Translations under genes and position numbers: made by a program
The notes under the pieces: model-generated
Told to the model about the DNA's origin: nothing
The model's database searches: none
Seen by the model: the letters and a program-made list of their open reading frames with translations, nothing else
Assembly: GCA_964057225.1 (NCBI GenBank)
Contig: OZ059895.1
Location: 19,592,001-19,656,000, forward strand
DNA: 64,000 nucleotides
Direction of reading: 5' to 3'
From: Auanema rhodensis
Taxonomy: Eukaryota > Animalia > Nematoda
Shown: piece by piece, positions 1-15,800 of the stretch
Layout of the letters: each line of letters opens with the position of its first letter
Position numbering within the stretch: position 1 is the stretch's first letter

Positions 1-409
1 ATTAGCATAAATTAAAGTTCACGTAAATTTCAAAGTCATGGTTACCATGCACCAATATCAATAAAAATTTGTTTTTAGACTAATATGGACATGGGGAATC
101 TAATTTTGAAAACCGCATCTCTTTATCTTTCACGTGAAGCGAGTTACATACCAAGTGCACATCACGTGTACATTTAATTAGCATAAATTAAAGTTCACGT
201 AAATTTCAAAGTCATGGTTACCATGCACCAATATCAATAAAAATTTGTTTTTAGACTAATATGGACATGGGGAATCTAATTTTGAAAACCGCATCTCTTT
301 ATCTTTCACGTGAAGCGAGTTACATACCAAGTGCACATCACGTGTACATTTAATTAGCATAAATTAAAGTTCACGTAAATTTCAAAGTCATGGTTACCAT
401 GAACCAATA

Positions 410-2550
410 TCAATAAAAATTTGTTTTTAGACTAATATGGACATGGGGAATCTAATTTTGGAAACCGCATCTCTTTATCTTTCACGTGAAGCGAGTTACA
501 TACCAAGTGCACATCACGTGTACATTTAATTAGCATAAATTAAAGTTCACGTAAATTTCAAAGTCATGGTTAGCATGCACCAATATCAATAAAAACTTGT
601 TTTAAGACTAATATGGACATGAGAAATCTAATTTTGAAAACCGCATCTCTTCATCTTTCACGTGAAGCGAGTTACATATCAAGTGCACATCACGTGTACA
701 CTTAATTAGCATAAATGAAAGTTCACGTAATTTTCAAAGTCATGGTTAACATGCACCAATATCAATAAAAATTTGTTTTTAGACTAATATGGACATGGGG
801 AATCTAATTTTGAAAACCACATCTCTTTATCTTTCACGTGAAGCGAGTTACATACCAAGTGCACATCACGTGTACATTGAATTAGCATAAATTAAAGTTC
901 ACGTAAATTTCAAAGTCATGGTTACCATGCACCAATGTCAATAAAAATTTGTTTTAAGACTAATATGGACATGAGAAATCTAATTTTGAAAACCGCATCT
1001 CTTTATCTTTCACGTGAAGCGAGTTACATACCAAGTGCACATCACGTGTACATTTAATTAGCATAAATTTAAGTTTACGTAAATTTCAAAGTCATGGTTA
1101 CCATGCACCAATATCAATAAAAATTTGTTTTAAGACTAATATGGACATGAGAAATCTAATTTTGAAAACCGCATCTCTTCATCTTTCATGTGAAGCGAGT
1201 TACATATCAAGTGCACATCACGTGTACATTGAATTAGCATAAATTAAAGTTCACGTAAATTTCAAAGTCATGGTTAACATGCACCAATATCAATAAAAAT
1301 TTGTTTTAAGACTAATATGGACATGGGGAATCTATTTTTGAAAACCGCATCTCTTCATCTTTCACGTGAAGCGAGTTACATACCAAGTGCACATCACGTG
1401 TACACTTAATTAGCATAAATTAAAGTTCACGTAAATTTCGAAGTCATGGTTAACATGCACCAATATCAATAAAAATTTGTTTTTAGACTAATATGGACAT
1501 GGGGAATCTAATTTTGGAAACCGCATCTCTTTATCTTTCACGTGAAGCGAGTTACATACCAAGTGCACATCACGTGTACATTTAATTAGCATAAATTAAA
1601 GTTCACGTAAATTTCAAAGTCATGGTTAGCATGCACCAATATCAATAAAAACTTGTTTTAAGACTAATATGGACATGAGAAATCTAATTTTGAAAACCGC
1701 ATCTCTTCATCTTTCACGTGAAGCGAGTTACATATCAAGTGCACATCACGTGTACACTTAATTAGCATAAATGAAAGTTCACGTAATTTTCAAAGTCATG
1801 GTTAACATGCACCAATATCAATAAAAATTTGTTTTTAGACTAATATGGACATGGGGAATCTAATTTTGAAAACCACATCTCTTTATCTTTCACGTGAAGC
1901 GAGTTACATACCAAGTGCACATCACGTGTACATTGAATTAGCATAAATTAAAGTTCACGTAAATTTCAAAGTCATGGTTACCATGCACCAATGTCAATAA
2001 AAATTTGTTTTAAGACTAATATGGACATGAGAAATCTAATTTTGAAAACCGCATCTCTTTATCTTTCACGTGAAGCGAGTTACATACCAAGTGCACATCA
2101 CGTGTACATTTAATTAGCATAAATTTAAGTTTACGTAAATTTCAAAGTCATGGTTACCATGCACCAATATCAATAAAAATTTGTTTTAAGACTAATATGG
2201 ACATGAGAAATCTAATTTTGAAAACCGCATCTCTTCATCTTTCATGTGAAGCGAGTTACATATCAAGTGCACATCACGTGTACATTGAATTAGCATAAAT
2301 TAAAGTTCACGTAAATTTCAAAGTCATGGTTAACATGCACCAATATCAATAAAAATTTGTTTTTAGACTAACATGGACATGGGGAATCTATTTTTGAAAA
2401 CCGCATCTCTTCATCTTTCACGTGAAGCGAGTTACATACCAAGTGCACATCACGTGTACACTTAATTAGCATAAATTAAAGTTCACGTAAATTTCGAAGT
2501 CATGGTTAACATGCACCAATATCAATAAAAATTTGTTTTTAGACTAATAT
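410..2550. repeat. 6-monomer (1056-bp) higher-order duplication in the 176-bp array (limits approximate)
   Basis: Rare variants recur at +1056: TTTTGGAAAC 461/1517, GTTAGCATG 573/1629, CAATGTCA 937/1993. Confidence 0.88.
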
Positions 2551-5500
2551 GGACATGGGGAATCTAATTTTGAAAACCGCATCTCTTTATCTTTCACGTG
2601 AAGCGAGTTACATACCAAGTGCACATCACGTGTACATTTAATTAGCATAAATTAAAGTTCACGTAAATTTCAAAGTCATGGTTACCATGCACCAATATCA
2701 ATAAAAATTTGTTTTAAGACTAATATGGACATGAGAAATCTAATTTTGAAAACCGCATCTCTTTCTCTTTGACGTGAAGCGAGTTACATACCAAGTGCAC
2801 ATCTGGTGTACACTTAATTAGCATAAATTAAAGTTCACGTAAATTTCAAAGTCATGGTTAACATGCACCAATATCAATAAAAATTTGTTTTTAGACTAAT
2901 ATGGACATGGGGAATCTAATTTTGAAAACCGCATCTCTTTATCTTTCACGTGAAGCGAGTTACATACCAAGTGCACATCACGTGTACATTTAATTAGCAT
3001 AAATTAAAGTTCACGTAAATTTCAAAGTCATGGTTACCATGCACCAATATCAATAAAAATTTGTTTTAAGACTAATATGGACATGAGAAATCTAATTTTG
3101 AAAACCGCATCTCTTCATCTTTCACGTGAAGCGAGTTACATACCAAGTGCACATCACGTGTACATTGAATTAGCATAAATTAAAGTTCACGTAAATTTCA
3201 AAGTCATGGTTACCATGCACCAATATCAATAAAAATTTGTTTTTAGACTAATATGGACATGGGGAATCTAATTTTGAAAACCGCATCTCTTTATCTTTCA
3301 CGTGAAGCGAGTTACATACCAAGTGCACATCACGTGTACATTTAATTAGCATAAATTAAAGTTCACGTAAATTTCAAAGTCATGGTTACCATGCACCAAT
3401 ATCAATAAAAATTTGTTTTAAGACTAATATGGACATGAGAAATCTAATTTTGAAAACCGCATCTCTTCATCTTTCACGTGAAGCGAGTTACATACCAAGT
3501 GCACATCACGTGTACACTTAATTAGCATAAATTAAAGTTCACGTAAATTTCAAAGTCATGGTTACCATGCACCAATATCAATAAAAATTTGTTTTTAGAC
3601 TAATATGGACATGGGGAATCTAATTTTGAAAACCACATCTCTTTATCTTTCACGTGAAGCGAGTTACATACCAAGTGCACATCACGTGTACATTGAATTA
3701 GCATAAATTAAAGTTCACGTAAATTTCAAAGTCATGGTTAACATGCACCAATATCAATAAAAATTTGTTTTTAGACTAATATGGACATGGGGAATCTATT
3801 TTTGAAAACCGCATCTCTTCATCTTTCACGTGAAGCGAGTTACATACCAAGTGCACATCACGTGTACACTTAATTAGCATAAATTAAAGTTCACGTAAAT
3901 TTCGAAGTCATGGTTACCATGCACCAATATCAATAAAAATTTGTTTTTAGACTAATATGGACATGATGAATCTAATTTTGAAAACCACATCTCTTTATCT
4001 TTCACGTGAAGCGAGTTACATACCAAGTGCACATCTCGTGTACACTTAATTAGCATAAATTAAAGTTCACGTAAATTTCAAAGTCATGGTTAACATGCAC
4101 CAATATCAATAAAAATTTGTTTTTAGACTAATATGGACATGGGGAATCTAATTTTGAGAACCGCATCTCTTTATCTTTCACGTGAAGCGAGTTACATACC
4201 AAGTGCACATCAGGTGTACATTTAATTAGCATAAATTAAAGTTCACGTAAATTTCAAAGTCATGGTTACCATGCACCAATATCAATAAAAATTTGTTTTT
4301 AGACTAATATGGACATGGGGAATCTAATTTTGAAAACCGCATCTCTTTATCTTTCACGTGAAGCGAGTTACATACCAAGTGCACATCACGTGTACATTTA
4401 ATTAGCATAAATTAAAGTTCACGTAAATTTCAAAGTCATGGTTACCATGCACCAATATCAATAAAAATTTGTTTTAAGACTAATATGGACATGAGAAATC
4501 TAATTTTGAAAACCGCATCTCTTCATCTTTCACGTGAAGCGAGTTACATACCAAGTGCACATCACGTGTACACTTAATTAGCATAAATTAAAGTTCACGT
4601 AAATTTCAAAGTCATGGTTACCATGCACCAATATCAATAAAAATTTGTTTTTAGACTAATATGGACATGGGGAATCTAATTTTGAAAACCACATCTCTTT
4701 ATCTTTCACGTGAAGCGAGTTACATACCAAGTGCACATCACGTGTACATTGAATTAGCATAAATTAAAGTTCACGTAAATTTCAAAGTCATGGTTAACAT
4801 GCACCAATATCAATAAAAATTTGTTTTTAGACTAATATGGACATGGGGAATCTATTTTTGAAAACCGCATCTCTTCATCTTTCACGTGAAGCGAGTTACA
4901 TACCAAGTGCACATCACGTGTACACTTAATTAGCATAAATTAAAGTTCACGTAAATTTCGAAGTCATGGTTACCATGCACCAATATCAATAAAAATTTGT
5001 TTTTAGACTAATATGGACATGATGAATCTAATTTTGAAAACCGCATCTCTTTATCTTTCACGTGAAGCGAGTTACATACCAAGTGCACATCACGTGTACA
5101 CTTAATTAGCATAAATTAAAGTTCACGTAAATTTCAAAGTCATGGTTACCATGCACCAATATCAATAAAAATTTGTTTTTAGACTAATATGGACATGGGG
5201 AATCTAATTTTGAAAACCACATCTCTTTATCTTTCACGTGAAGCGAGTTACATACCAAGTGCACATCTCGTGTACACTTAATTAGCATAAATTAAAGTTC
5301 ACGTAAATTTCAAAGTCATGGTTAACATGCACCAATATCAATAAAAATTTGTTTTTAGACTAATATGGACATGGGGAATCTATTTTTGAAAACCGCATCT
5401 CTTCATCTTTCACGTGAAGCGAGTTACATACCAAGTGCACATCACGTGTACACTTAATTAGCATAAATTAAAGTTCACGTAAATTTCGAAGTCATGGTTA

Positions 5501-8500
5501 CCATGCACCAATATCAATAAAAATTTGTTTTTAGACTAATATGGACATGGGGAATCTAATTTTGAAAACCGCATCTCTTTATCTTTCACGTGAAGCGAGT
5601 TACATACCAAGTGCACATCACGTGTACATTTAATTAGCATAAATTTAAGTTTACGTAAATTTCAAAGTCATGGTTACCATGCACCAATATCAATAAAAAT
5701 TTGTTTTAAGACTAATATGGACATGAGAAATCTAATTTTGAAAACCGCATCTCTTCATCTTTCATGTGAAGCGAGTTACATATCAAGTGCACATCACGTG
5801 TACATTGAATTAGCATAAATTAAAGTTCACGTAAATTTCAAAGTCATGGTTAACATGCACCAATATCAATAAAAATTTGTTTTTAGACTAATATGGACAT
5901 GGGGAATCTATTTTTGAAAACCGCATCTCTTCATCTTTCACGTGAAGCGAGTTACATACCAAGTGCACATCACGTGTACACTTAATTAGCATAAATTAAA
6001 GTTCACGTAAATTTCGAAGTCATGGTTAACATGCACCAATATCAATAAAAATTTGTTTTTAGACTAATATGGACATGGGGAATCTAATTTTGAAAACCGC
6101 ATCTCTTTATCTTTCACGTGAAGCGAGTTACATACCAAGTGCACATCACGTGTACATTTAATTAGCATAAATTAAAGTTCACGTAAATTTCAAAGTCATG
6201 GTTACCATGCACCAATATCAATAAAAATTTGTTTTAAGACTAATATGGACATGAGAAATCTAATTTTGAAAACCGCATCTCTTTCTCTTTGACGTGAAGC
6301 GAGTTACATACCAAGTGCACATCTGGTGTACACTTAATTAGCATAAATTAAAGTTCACGTAAATTTCAAAGTCATGGTTAACATGCACCAATATCAATAA
6401 AAATTTGTTTTTAGACTAATATGGACATGGGGAATCTAATTTTGAAAACCGCATCTCTTTATCTTTCACGTGAAGCGAGTTACATACCAAGTGCACATCA
6501 CGTGTACATTTAATTAGCATAAATTAAAGTTCACGTAAATTTCAAAGTCATGGTTACCATGCACCAATATCAATAAAAATTTGTTTTAAGACTAATATGG
6601 ACATGAGAAATCTAATTTTGAAAACCGCATCTCTTCATCTTTCACGTGAAGCGAGTTACATACCAAGTGCACATCACGTGTACATTGAATTAGCATAAAT
6701 TAAAGTTCACGTAAATTTCAAAGTCATGGTTACCATGCACCAATATCAATAAAAATTTGTTTTTAGACTAATATGGACATGGGGAATCTAATTTTGAAAA
6801 CCGCATCTCTTTATCTTTCACGTGAAGCGAGTTACATACCAAGTGCACATCACGTGTACATTTAATTAGCATAAATTAAAGTTCACGTAAATTTCAAAGT
6901 CATGGTTACCATGCACCAATATCAATAAAAATTTGTTTTAAGACTAATATGGACATGAGAAATCTAATTTTGAAAACCGCATCTCTTCATCTTTCACGTG
7001 AAGCGAGTTACATACCAAGTGCACATCACGTGTACACTTAATTAGCATAAATTAAAGTTCACGTAAATTTCAAAGTCATGGTTACCATGCACCAATATCA
7101 ATAAAAATTTGTTTTTAGACTAATATGGACATGGGGAATCTAATTTTGAAAACCACATCTCTTTATCTTTCACGTGAAGCGAGTTACATACCAAGTGCAC
7201 ATCACGTGTACATTGAATTAGCATAAATTAAAGTTCACGTAAATTTCAAAGTCATGGTTAACATGCACCAATATCAATAAAAATTTGTTTTTAGACTAAT
7301 ATGGACATGGGGAATCTATTTTTGAAAACCGCATCTCTTCATCTTTCACGTGAAGCGAGTTACATACCAAGTGCACATCACGTGTACACTTAATTAGCAT
7401 AAATTAAAGTTCACGTAAATTTCGAAGTCATGGTTACCATGCACCAATATCAATAAAAATTTGTTTTTAGACTAATATGGACATGATGAATCTAATTTTG
7501 AAAACCGCATCTCTTTATCTTTCACGTGAAGCGAGTTACATACCAAGTGCACATCACGTGTACATTTAATTAGCATAAATTAAAGTTCACGTAAATTTCA
7601 AAGTCATGGTTACCATGCACCAATATCAATAAAAATTTGTTTTTAGACTAATATGGACATGGGGAATCTAATTTTGAAAACCGCATCTCTTTATCTTTCA
7701 CGTGAAGCGAGTTACATACCAAGTGCACATCACGTGTACATTTAATTAGCATAAATTAAAGTTCACGTAAATTTCAAAGTCATGGTTACCATGCACCAAT
7801 ATCAATAAAAATTTGTTTTAAGACTAATATGGACATGAGAAATCTAATTTTGAAAACCGCATCTCTTCATCTTTCACGTGAAGCGAGTTACATACCAAGT
7901 GCACATCACGTGTACACTTAATTAGCATAAATTAAAGTTCACGTAAATTTCAAAGTCATGGTTACCATGCACCAATATCAATAAAAATTTGTTTTTAGAC
8001 TAATATGGACATGGGGAATCTAATTTTGAAAACCGCATCTCTTTATCTTTCACGTGAAGCGAGTTACATACCAAGTGCACATCACGTGTACATTGAATTA
8101 GCATAAATTAAAGTTCACGTAAATTTCAAAGTCATGGTTAACATGCACCAATATCAATAAAAATTTGTTTTTAGACTAATATGGACATGGGGAATCTATT
8201 TTTGAAAACCGCATCTCTTCATCTTTCACGTGAAGCGAGTTACATACCAAGTGCACATCACGTGTACACTTAATTAGCATAAATTAAAGTTCACGTAAAT
8301 TTCGAAGTCATGGTTACCATGCACCAATATCAATAAAAATTTGTTTTTAGACTAATATGGACATGATGAATCTAATTTTGAAAACCGCATCTCTTTATCT
8401 TTCACGTGAAGCGAGTTACATACCAAGTGCACATCACGTGTACACTTAATTAGCATAAATTAAAGTTCACGTAAATTTCAAAGTCATGGTTACCATGCAC

Positions 8501-9814
8501 CAATATCAATAAAAATTTGTTTTTAGACTAATATGGACATGGGGAATCTAATTTTGAAAACCACATCTCTTTATCTTTCACGTGAAGCGAGTTACATACC
8601 AAGTGCACATCTCGTGTACACTTAATTAGCATAAATTAAAGTTCACGTAAATTTCAAAGTCATGGTTAACATGCACCAATATCAATAAAAATTTGTTTTT
8701 AGACTAATATGGACATGGGGAATCTATTTTTGAAAACCGCATCTCTTCATCTTTCACGTGAAGCGAGTTACATACCAAGTGCACATCACGTGTACACTTA
8801 ATTAGCATAAATTAAAGTTCACGTAAATTTCGAAGTCATGGTTACCATGCACCAATATCAATAAAAATTTGTTTTTAGACTAATATGGACATGATGAATC
8901 TAATTTTGAAAACCGCATCTCTTTATCTTTCACGTGAAGCGAGTTACATACCAAGTGCACATCACGTGTACATTTAATTAGCATAAATTAAAGTTCACGT
9001 AAATTTCAAAGTCATGGTTACCATGCACCAATATCAATAAAAATTTGTTTTAAGACTAATATGGACATGAGAAATCTAATTTTGAAAACCGCATCTCTTC
9101 ATCTTTCATGTGAAGCGAGTTACATATCAAGTGCACATCACGTGTACACTTAATTAGCATAAATTAAAGTTCACGTAAATTTCGAAGTCATGGTTAACAT
9201 GCACCAATATCAATAAAAATTTGTTTTTAGACTAATATGGACATGGGGAATCTAATTTTGAAAACCGCATCTCTTTATCTCTCACGTGAAGCGAGTTACA
9301 TACCAAGTGCACATCACGTGTACATTTAATTAGCATAAATTAAAGTTCACGTAAATTTCAAAGTCATGGTTAACATGCACCAATATCAATAAAAATTTGT
9401 TTTAAGACTAATATGGACATGAGAAATCTAATTTTGAAAACCACATCTCTTTATCTTTCACGTGAAGCGAGTTACATACCAAGTGCACATCACGTGTACA
9501 TTTAATCAGCATAAATTAAAGTTCACGTAAATTTCAAAGTCATGGTTAACATGCACCAATATCAATAAAAATTTGTTTTTAGACTAATATGGACATGGGG
9601 AATCTAATTTTGAAAACCGCATCTCTTTATCTTTCACGTGAAGCGAGTTACATACCAAGTGCACATCACGTGTACACTTAATTAGCATAAATTAAAGTTC
9701 ACGTAAATTTCAAAGTCATGGTTACCATGCACCAATATCAATAAAAATTTGTTTTTAGACTAATATGGACATGGGGAATCTAATTTTGAAAACCACATCT
9801 CTTTATCTTTCACG

Positions 9815-12800
9815 TGAAGCGAGTTACATACCAAGTGCACATCACGTGTACATTTAATTAGCATAAATTAAAGTTCACGTAAATTTCAAAGTCATGGTTA
9901 CCATGCACCAATATCAATAAAAATTTGTTTTAAGACTAATATGGACATGAGAAATCTAATTTTGAAAACCGCATCTCTTCATCTTTCACGTAAAGCGAGT
10001 TACATATCAAGTGCACATCACGTGTACACTTAATTAGCATAAATTAAAGTTCACGTAAATTTCAAAGTCATGGTTAACATGCACCAATATCAATAAAAAT
10101 TTGTTTTTAGACTAATATGGACATGGGGAATCTAATTTTGAAAACCACATCTCTTTATCTTTCACGTGAAGCGAGTTACATACCAAGTGCACATCACGTG
10201 TACACTTAATTAGCATAAATTAAAGTTCACGTAAATTTCAAAGTCATGGTTACCATGCACCAATATCAATAAAAATTTGTTTTTAGACTAATATGGACAT
10301 GGGGAATCTAATTTTGAAAACCGCATCTCTTTATCTCTCACGTGAAGCGAGTTACATACCAAGTGCACATCACGTGTACATTTAATTAGCATAAATTAAA
10401 GTTCACGTAAATTTCAAAGTCATGGTTACCATGCACCAATATCAATAAAAATTTGTTTTTAGACTAATATGGACATGGGGAATCTAATTTTGAAAACCAC
10501 ATCTCTTTATCTTTCACGTGAAGCGAGTTACATACCAAGTGCACATCACGTGTACACTTAATTAGCATAAATTAAAGTTCACGTAAATTTCAAAGTCATG
10601 GTTACCATGCACCAATATCAATAAAAATTTGTTTTTAGACTAATATGGACATGGGGAATCTAATTTTGAAAACCGCATCTCTTTATCTCTCACGTGAAGC
10701 GAGTTACATACCAAGTGCACATCACGTGTACATTTAATTAGCATAAATTAAAGTTCACGTGTAATTTCAAAGTCATGGTTACCATGCACCAATATCAATA
10801 AAAACTTGTTTTAAGACTAATATGGACATGAGAAATCTAATTTTGAAAACCGCATCTCTTCATCTTTCACGTGAAGCGAGTTACATATCAAGTGCACATC
10901 ACGTGTACACTTAATTAGCATAAATGAAAGTTCACGTAATTTTCAAAGTCATGGTTAACATGCACCAATATCAATAAAAATTTGTTTTTAGACTAATATG
11001 GACATGGGGAATCTAATTTTGAAAACCACATCTCTTTATCTTTCACGTGAAGCGAGTTACATACCAAGTGCACATCACGTGTACATTGAATTAGCATAAA
11101 TTAAAGTTCACGTAAATTTCAAAGTCATGGTTACCATGCACCAATATCAATAAAAATTTGTTTTAAGACTAATATGGACATGAGAAATCTAATTTTGAAA
11201 ACCGCATCTCTTCATCTTTCACGTGAAGCGAGTTACATACCAAGTGCACATCACGTGTACATTGAATTAGCATAAATTAAAGTTCACGTAAATTTCAAAG
11301 TCATGGTTACCATGCACCAATATCAATAAAAATTTGTTTTTAGACTAATATGGACATGGGGAATCTAATTTTGAAAACCGCATCTCTTTATCTTTCACGT
11401 GAAGCGAGTTACATACCAAGTGCACATCACGTGTACATTTAATTAGCATAAATTAAAGTTTACGTAAATTTCAAAGTCATGGTTACCATGCACCAATATC
11501 AATAAAAATTTGTTTTAAGACTAATATGGACATGAGAAATCTAATTTTGAAAACCGCATCTCTTCATCTTTCATGTGAAGCGAGTTACATATCAAGTGCA
11601 CATCACGTGTACATTGAATTAGCATAAATTAAAGTTCACGTAAATTTCAAAGTCATGGTTAACATGCACCAATATCAATAAAAATTTGTTTTTAGACTAA
11701 TATGGACATGGGGAATCTATTTTTGAAAACCGCATCTCTTCATCTTTCACGTGAAGCGAGTTACATACCAAGTGCACATCACGTGTACACTTAATTAGCA
11801 TAAATTAAAGTTCACGTAAATTTCGAAGTCATGGTTAACATGCACCAATATCAATAAAAATTTGTTTTTAGACTAATATGGACATGGGGAATCTAATTTT
11901 GAAAACCGCATCTCTTTATCTTTCACGTGAAGCGAGTTACATACCAAGTGCACATCACGTGTACATTTAATTAGCATAAATTAAAGTTCACGTAAATTTC
12001 AAAGTCATGGTTACCATGCACCAATATCAATAAAAATTTGTTTTAAGACTAATATGGACATGAGAAATCTAATTTTGAAAACCGCATCTCTTTATCTTTC
12101 ACGTGAAGCGAGTTACATACCAAGTGCACATCACGTGTACATTTAATCAGCATAAATTAAAGTTCACGTAAATTTCAAAGTCATGGTTAACATGCACCAA
12201 TATCAATAAAAATTTGTTTTTAGACTAATATGGACATGAAGAATCTATTTTTGAAAACCGCATCTCTTCATCTTTCACGTGAAGCGAGTTACATACCAAG
12301 TGCACATCACGTGTACACTTAATTAGCATAAATTAAAGTTCACGTAAATTTCGAAGTCATGGTTAACATGCACCAATATCAATAAAAATTTGTTTTTAGA
12401 CTAATATGGACATGGGGAATCTAATTTTGAAAACCGCATCTCTTTATCTTTCACGTGAAGCGAGTTACATACCAAGTGCACATCACGTGTACATTTAATC
12501 AGCATAAATTAAAGTTCACGTAAATTTCAAAGTCATGGTTAACATGCACCAATATCAATAAAAATTTGTTTTTAGACTAATATGGACAAGGGGAATCTAA
12601 TTTTGAAAACCGCATCTCTTTATCTCTCACGTGAAGCGAGTTACATACCAAGTGCACATCACGTGTACATTTAATTAGCATAAATTAAAGTTCACGTAAA
12701 TTTCAAAGTCATGGTTACCATGCACCAATATCAATAAAAATTTGTTTTAAGACTAATATGGACATGAGAAATCTAATTTTGAAAACCGCATCTCTTCATC

Positions 12801-15800
12801 TTTCACGTAAAGCGAGTTACATACCAAGTGCACATCACGTGTACATTGAATTAGCATAAATTAAAGTTCACGTAAATTTCAAAGTCATGGTTAACATGCA
12901 CCAATATCAATAAAAATTTGTTTTTAGACTAATATGGACATGGGGAATCTATTTTTGAAAACCGCATCTCTTCATCTTTCACGTGAAGCGAGTTACATAC
13001 CAAGTGCACATCACGTGTACACTTAATTAGCATAAATTAAAGTTCACGTAAATTTCAAAGTCATGGTTACCATGCAACAATATCAATAAAAATTTGTTTT
13101 TAGACTAATATGGACATGGGGAATCTATTTTTGAAAACCGCATCTCTTCATCTTTCACGTGAAGCGAGTTACATACCAAGTGCACATCACGTGTACACTT
13201 AATTAGCATAAATTAAAGTTCACGTAAATTTCGAAGTCATGGTTAACATGCACCAATATCAATAAAAATTTGTTTTTAGACTAATATGGACATGGGGAAT
13301 CTAATTTTGAAAACCGCATCTCTTTATCTTTCACGTGAAGCGAGTTACATACCAAGTGCACATCACGTGTACATTTAATCAGCATAAATTAAAGTTCACG
13401 TAAATTTCAAAGTCATGGTTAACATGCACCAATATCAATAAAAATTTGTTTTTAGACTAATATGGACATGGGGAATCTATTTTTGAAAACCGCATTTCTT
13501 CATCTTTCACGTGAAGCGAGTTACATACCAAGTGCACATCACGTGTACACTTAATTAGCATAAATTAAAGTTCACGTAAATTTCGAAGTCATGGTTAACA
13601 TGCACCAATATCAATAAAAATTTGTTTTTAGACTAATATGGACATGGGGAATCTAATTTTGAAAACCGCATCTCTTTATCTTTCACGTGAAGCGAGTTAC
13701 ATACCAAGTGCACATCACGTGTACATTTAATCAGCATAAATTAAAGTTCACGTAAATTTCAAAGTCATGGTTAACATGCACCAATATCAATAAAAATTTG
13801 TTTTTAGACTAATATGGACATGGGGAATCTAATTTTGAAAACCGCATCTCTTTATCTCTCACGTGAAGCGAGTTACATACCAAGTGCACATCACGTGTAC
13901 ATTTAATTAGCATAAATTAAAGTTCACGTAAATTTCAAAGTCATGGTTACCATGCACCAATATCAATAAAAATTTGTTTTAAGACTAATATGGACATGAG
14001 AAATCTAATTTTGAAAACCGCATCTCTTCATCTTTCACGTAAAGCGAGTTACATATCAAGTGCACATCACGTGTACACTTAATTAGCATAAATTAAAGTT
14101 CACGTAAATTTCAAAGTCATGGTTAACATGCACCAATATCAATAAAAATTTGTTTTTAGACTAATATGGACATGGGGAATCTTATTTTGAAAACCACATC
14201 TCTTTATCTTTCACGTGAAGCGAGTTACATACCAAGTGCACATCACGTGTACACTTAATTAGCATAAATTAAAGTTCACGTAAATTTCAAAGTCATGGTT
14301 ACCATGCACCAATATCAATAAAAATTTGTTTTTAGACTAATATGGACATGGGGAATCTAATTTTGAAAACCGCATCTCTTTATCTCTCACGTGAAGCGAG
14401 TTACATACCAAGTGCACATCACGTGTACATTTAATTAGCATAAATTAAAGTTCACGTAAATTTCAAAGTCATGGTTACCATGCACCAATATCAATAAAAA
14501 TTTGTTTTTAGACTAATATGGACATGGGGAATCTAATTTTGAAAACCACATCTCTTTATCTTTCACGTGAAGCGAGTTACATACCAAGTGCACATCACGT
14601 GTACACTTAATTAGCATAAATTAAAGTTCACGTAAATTTCAAAGTCATGGTTACCATGCACCAATATCAATAAAAATTTGTTTTTAGACTAATATGGACA
14701 TGGGGAATCTAATTTTGAAAACCGCATCTCTTTATCTCTCACGTGAAGCGAGTTACATACCAAGTGCACATCACGTGTACATTTAATTAGCATAAATTAA
14801 AGTTCACGTGTAATTTCAAAGTCATGGTTACCATGCACCAATATCAATAAAAACTTGTTTTAAGACTAATATGGACATGAGAAATCTAATTTTGAAAACC
14901 GCATCTCTTCATCTTTCACGTGAAGCGAGTTACATATCAAGTGCACATCACGTGTACACTTAATTAGCATTAATGAAAGTTCACGTAATTTTCAAAGTCA
15001 TGGTTAACATGCACCAATATCAATAAAAATTTGTTTTTAGACTAATATGGACATGGGGAATCTAATTTTGAAAACCACATCTCTTTATCTTTCACGTGAA
15101 GCGAGTTACATACCAAGTGCACATCACGTGTACATTGAATTAGCATAAATTAAAGTTCACGTAAATTTCAAAGTCATGGTTACCATGCACCAATATCAAT
15201 AAAAATTTGTTTTAAGACTAATATGGACATGAGAAATCTAATTTTGAAAACCGCATCTCTTCATCTTTCACGTGAAGCGAGTTACATACCAAGTGCACAT
15301 CACGTGTACATTGAATTAGCATAAATTAAAGTTCACGTAAATTTCAAAGTCATGGTTACCATGCACCAATATCAATAAAAATTTGTTTTTAGACTAATAT
15401 GGACATGGGGAATCTAATTTTGAAAACCGCATCTCTTTATCTTTCACGTGAAGCGAGTTACATACCAAGTGCACATCACGTGTACATTTAATTAGCATAA
15501 ATTAAAGTTTACGTAAATTTCAAAGTCATGGTTACCATGCACCAATATCAATAAAAATTTGTTTTAAGACTAATATGGACATGAGAAATCTAATTTTGAA
15601 AACCGCATCTCTTCATCTTTCATGTGAAGCGAGTTACATATCAAGTGCACATCACGTGTACATTGAATTAGCATAAATTAAAGTTCACGTAAATTTCAAA
15701 GTCATGGTTAACATGCACCAATATCAATAAAAATTTGTTTTTAGACTAATATGGACATGGGGAATCTATTTTTGAAAACCGCATCTCTTCATCTTTCACG

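Noticed and set aside
161-168. Budding-yeast point centromere (CDEI match ATCACGTG)
   Set aside because: No CDEII/CDEIII arrangement follows it, and point centromeres are not tandem arrays.
1-176. Identity with known ~171-178-bp satellites (primate alpha, Arabidopsis CEN178, Brassica CentBr)
   Set aside because: Only the length is similar; I recognise no sequence match. BLASTN is needed for family and organism assignment.
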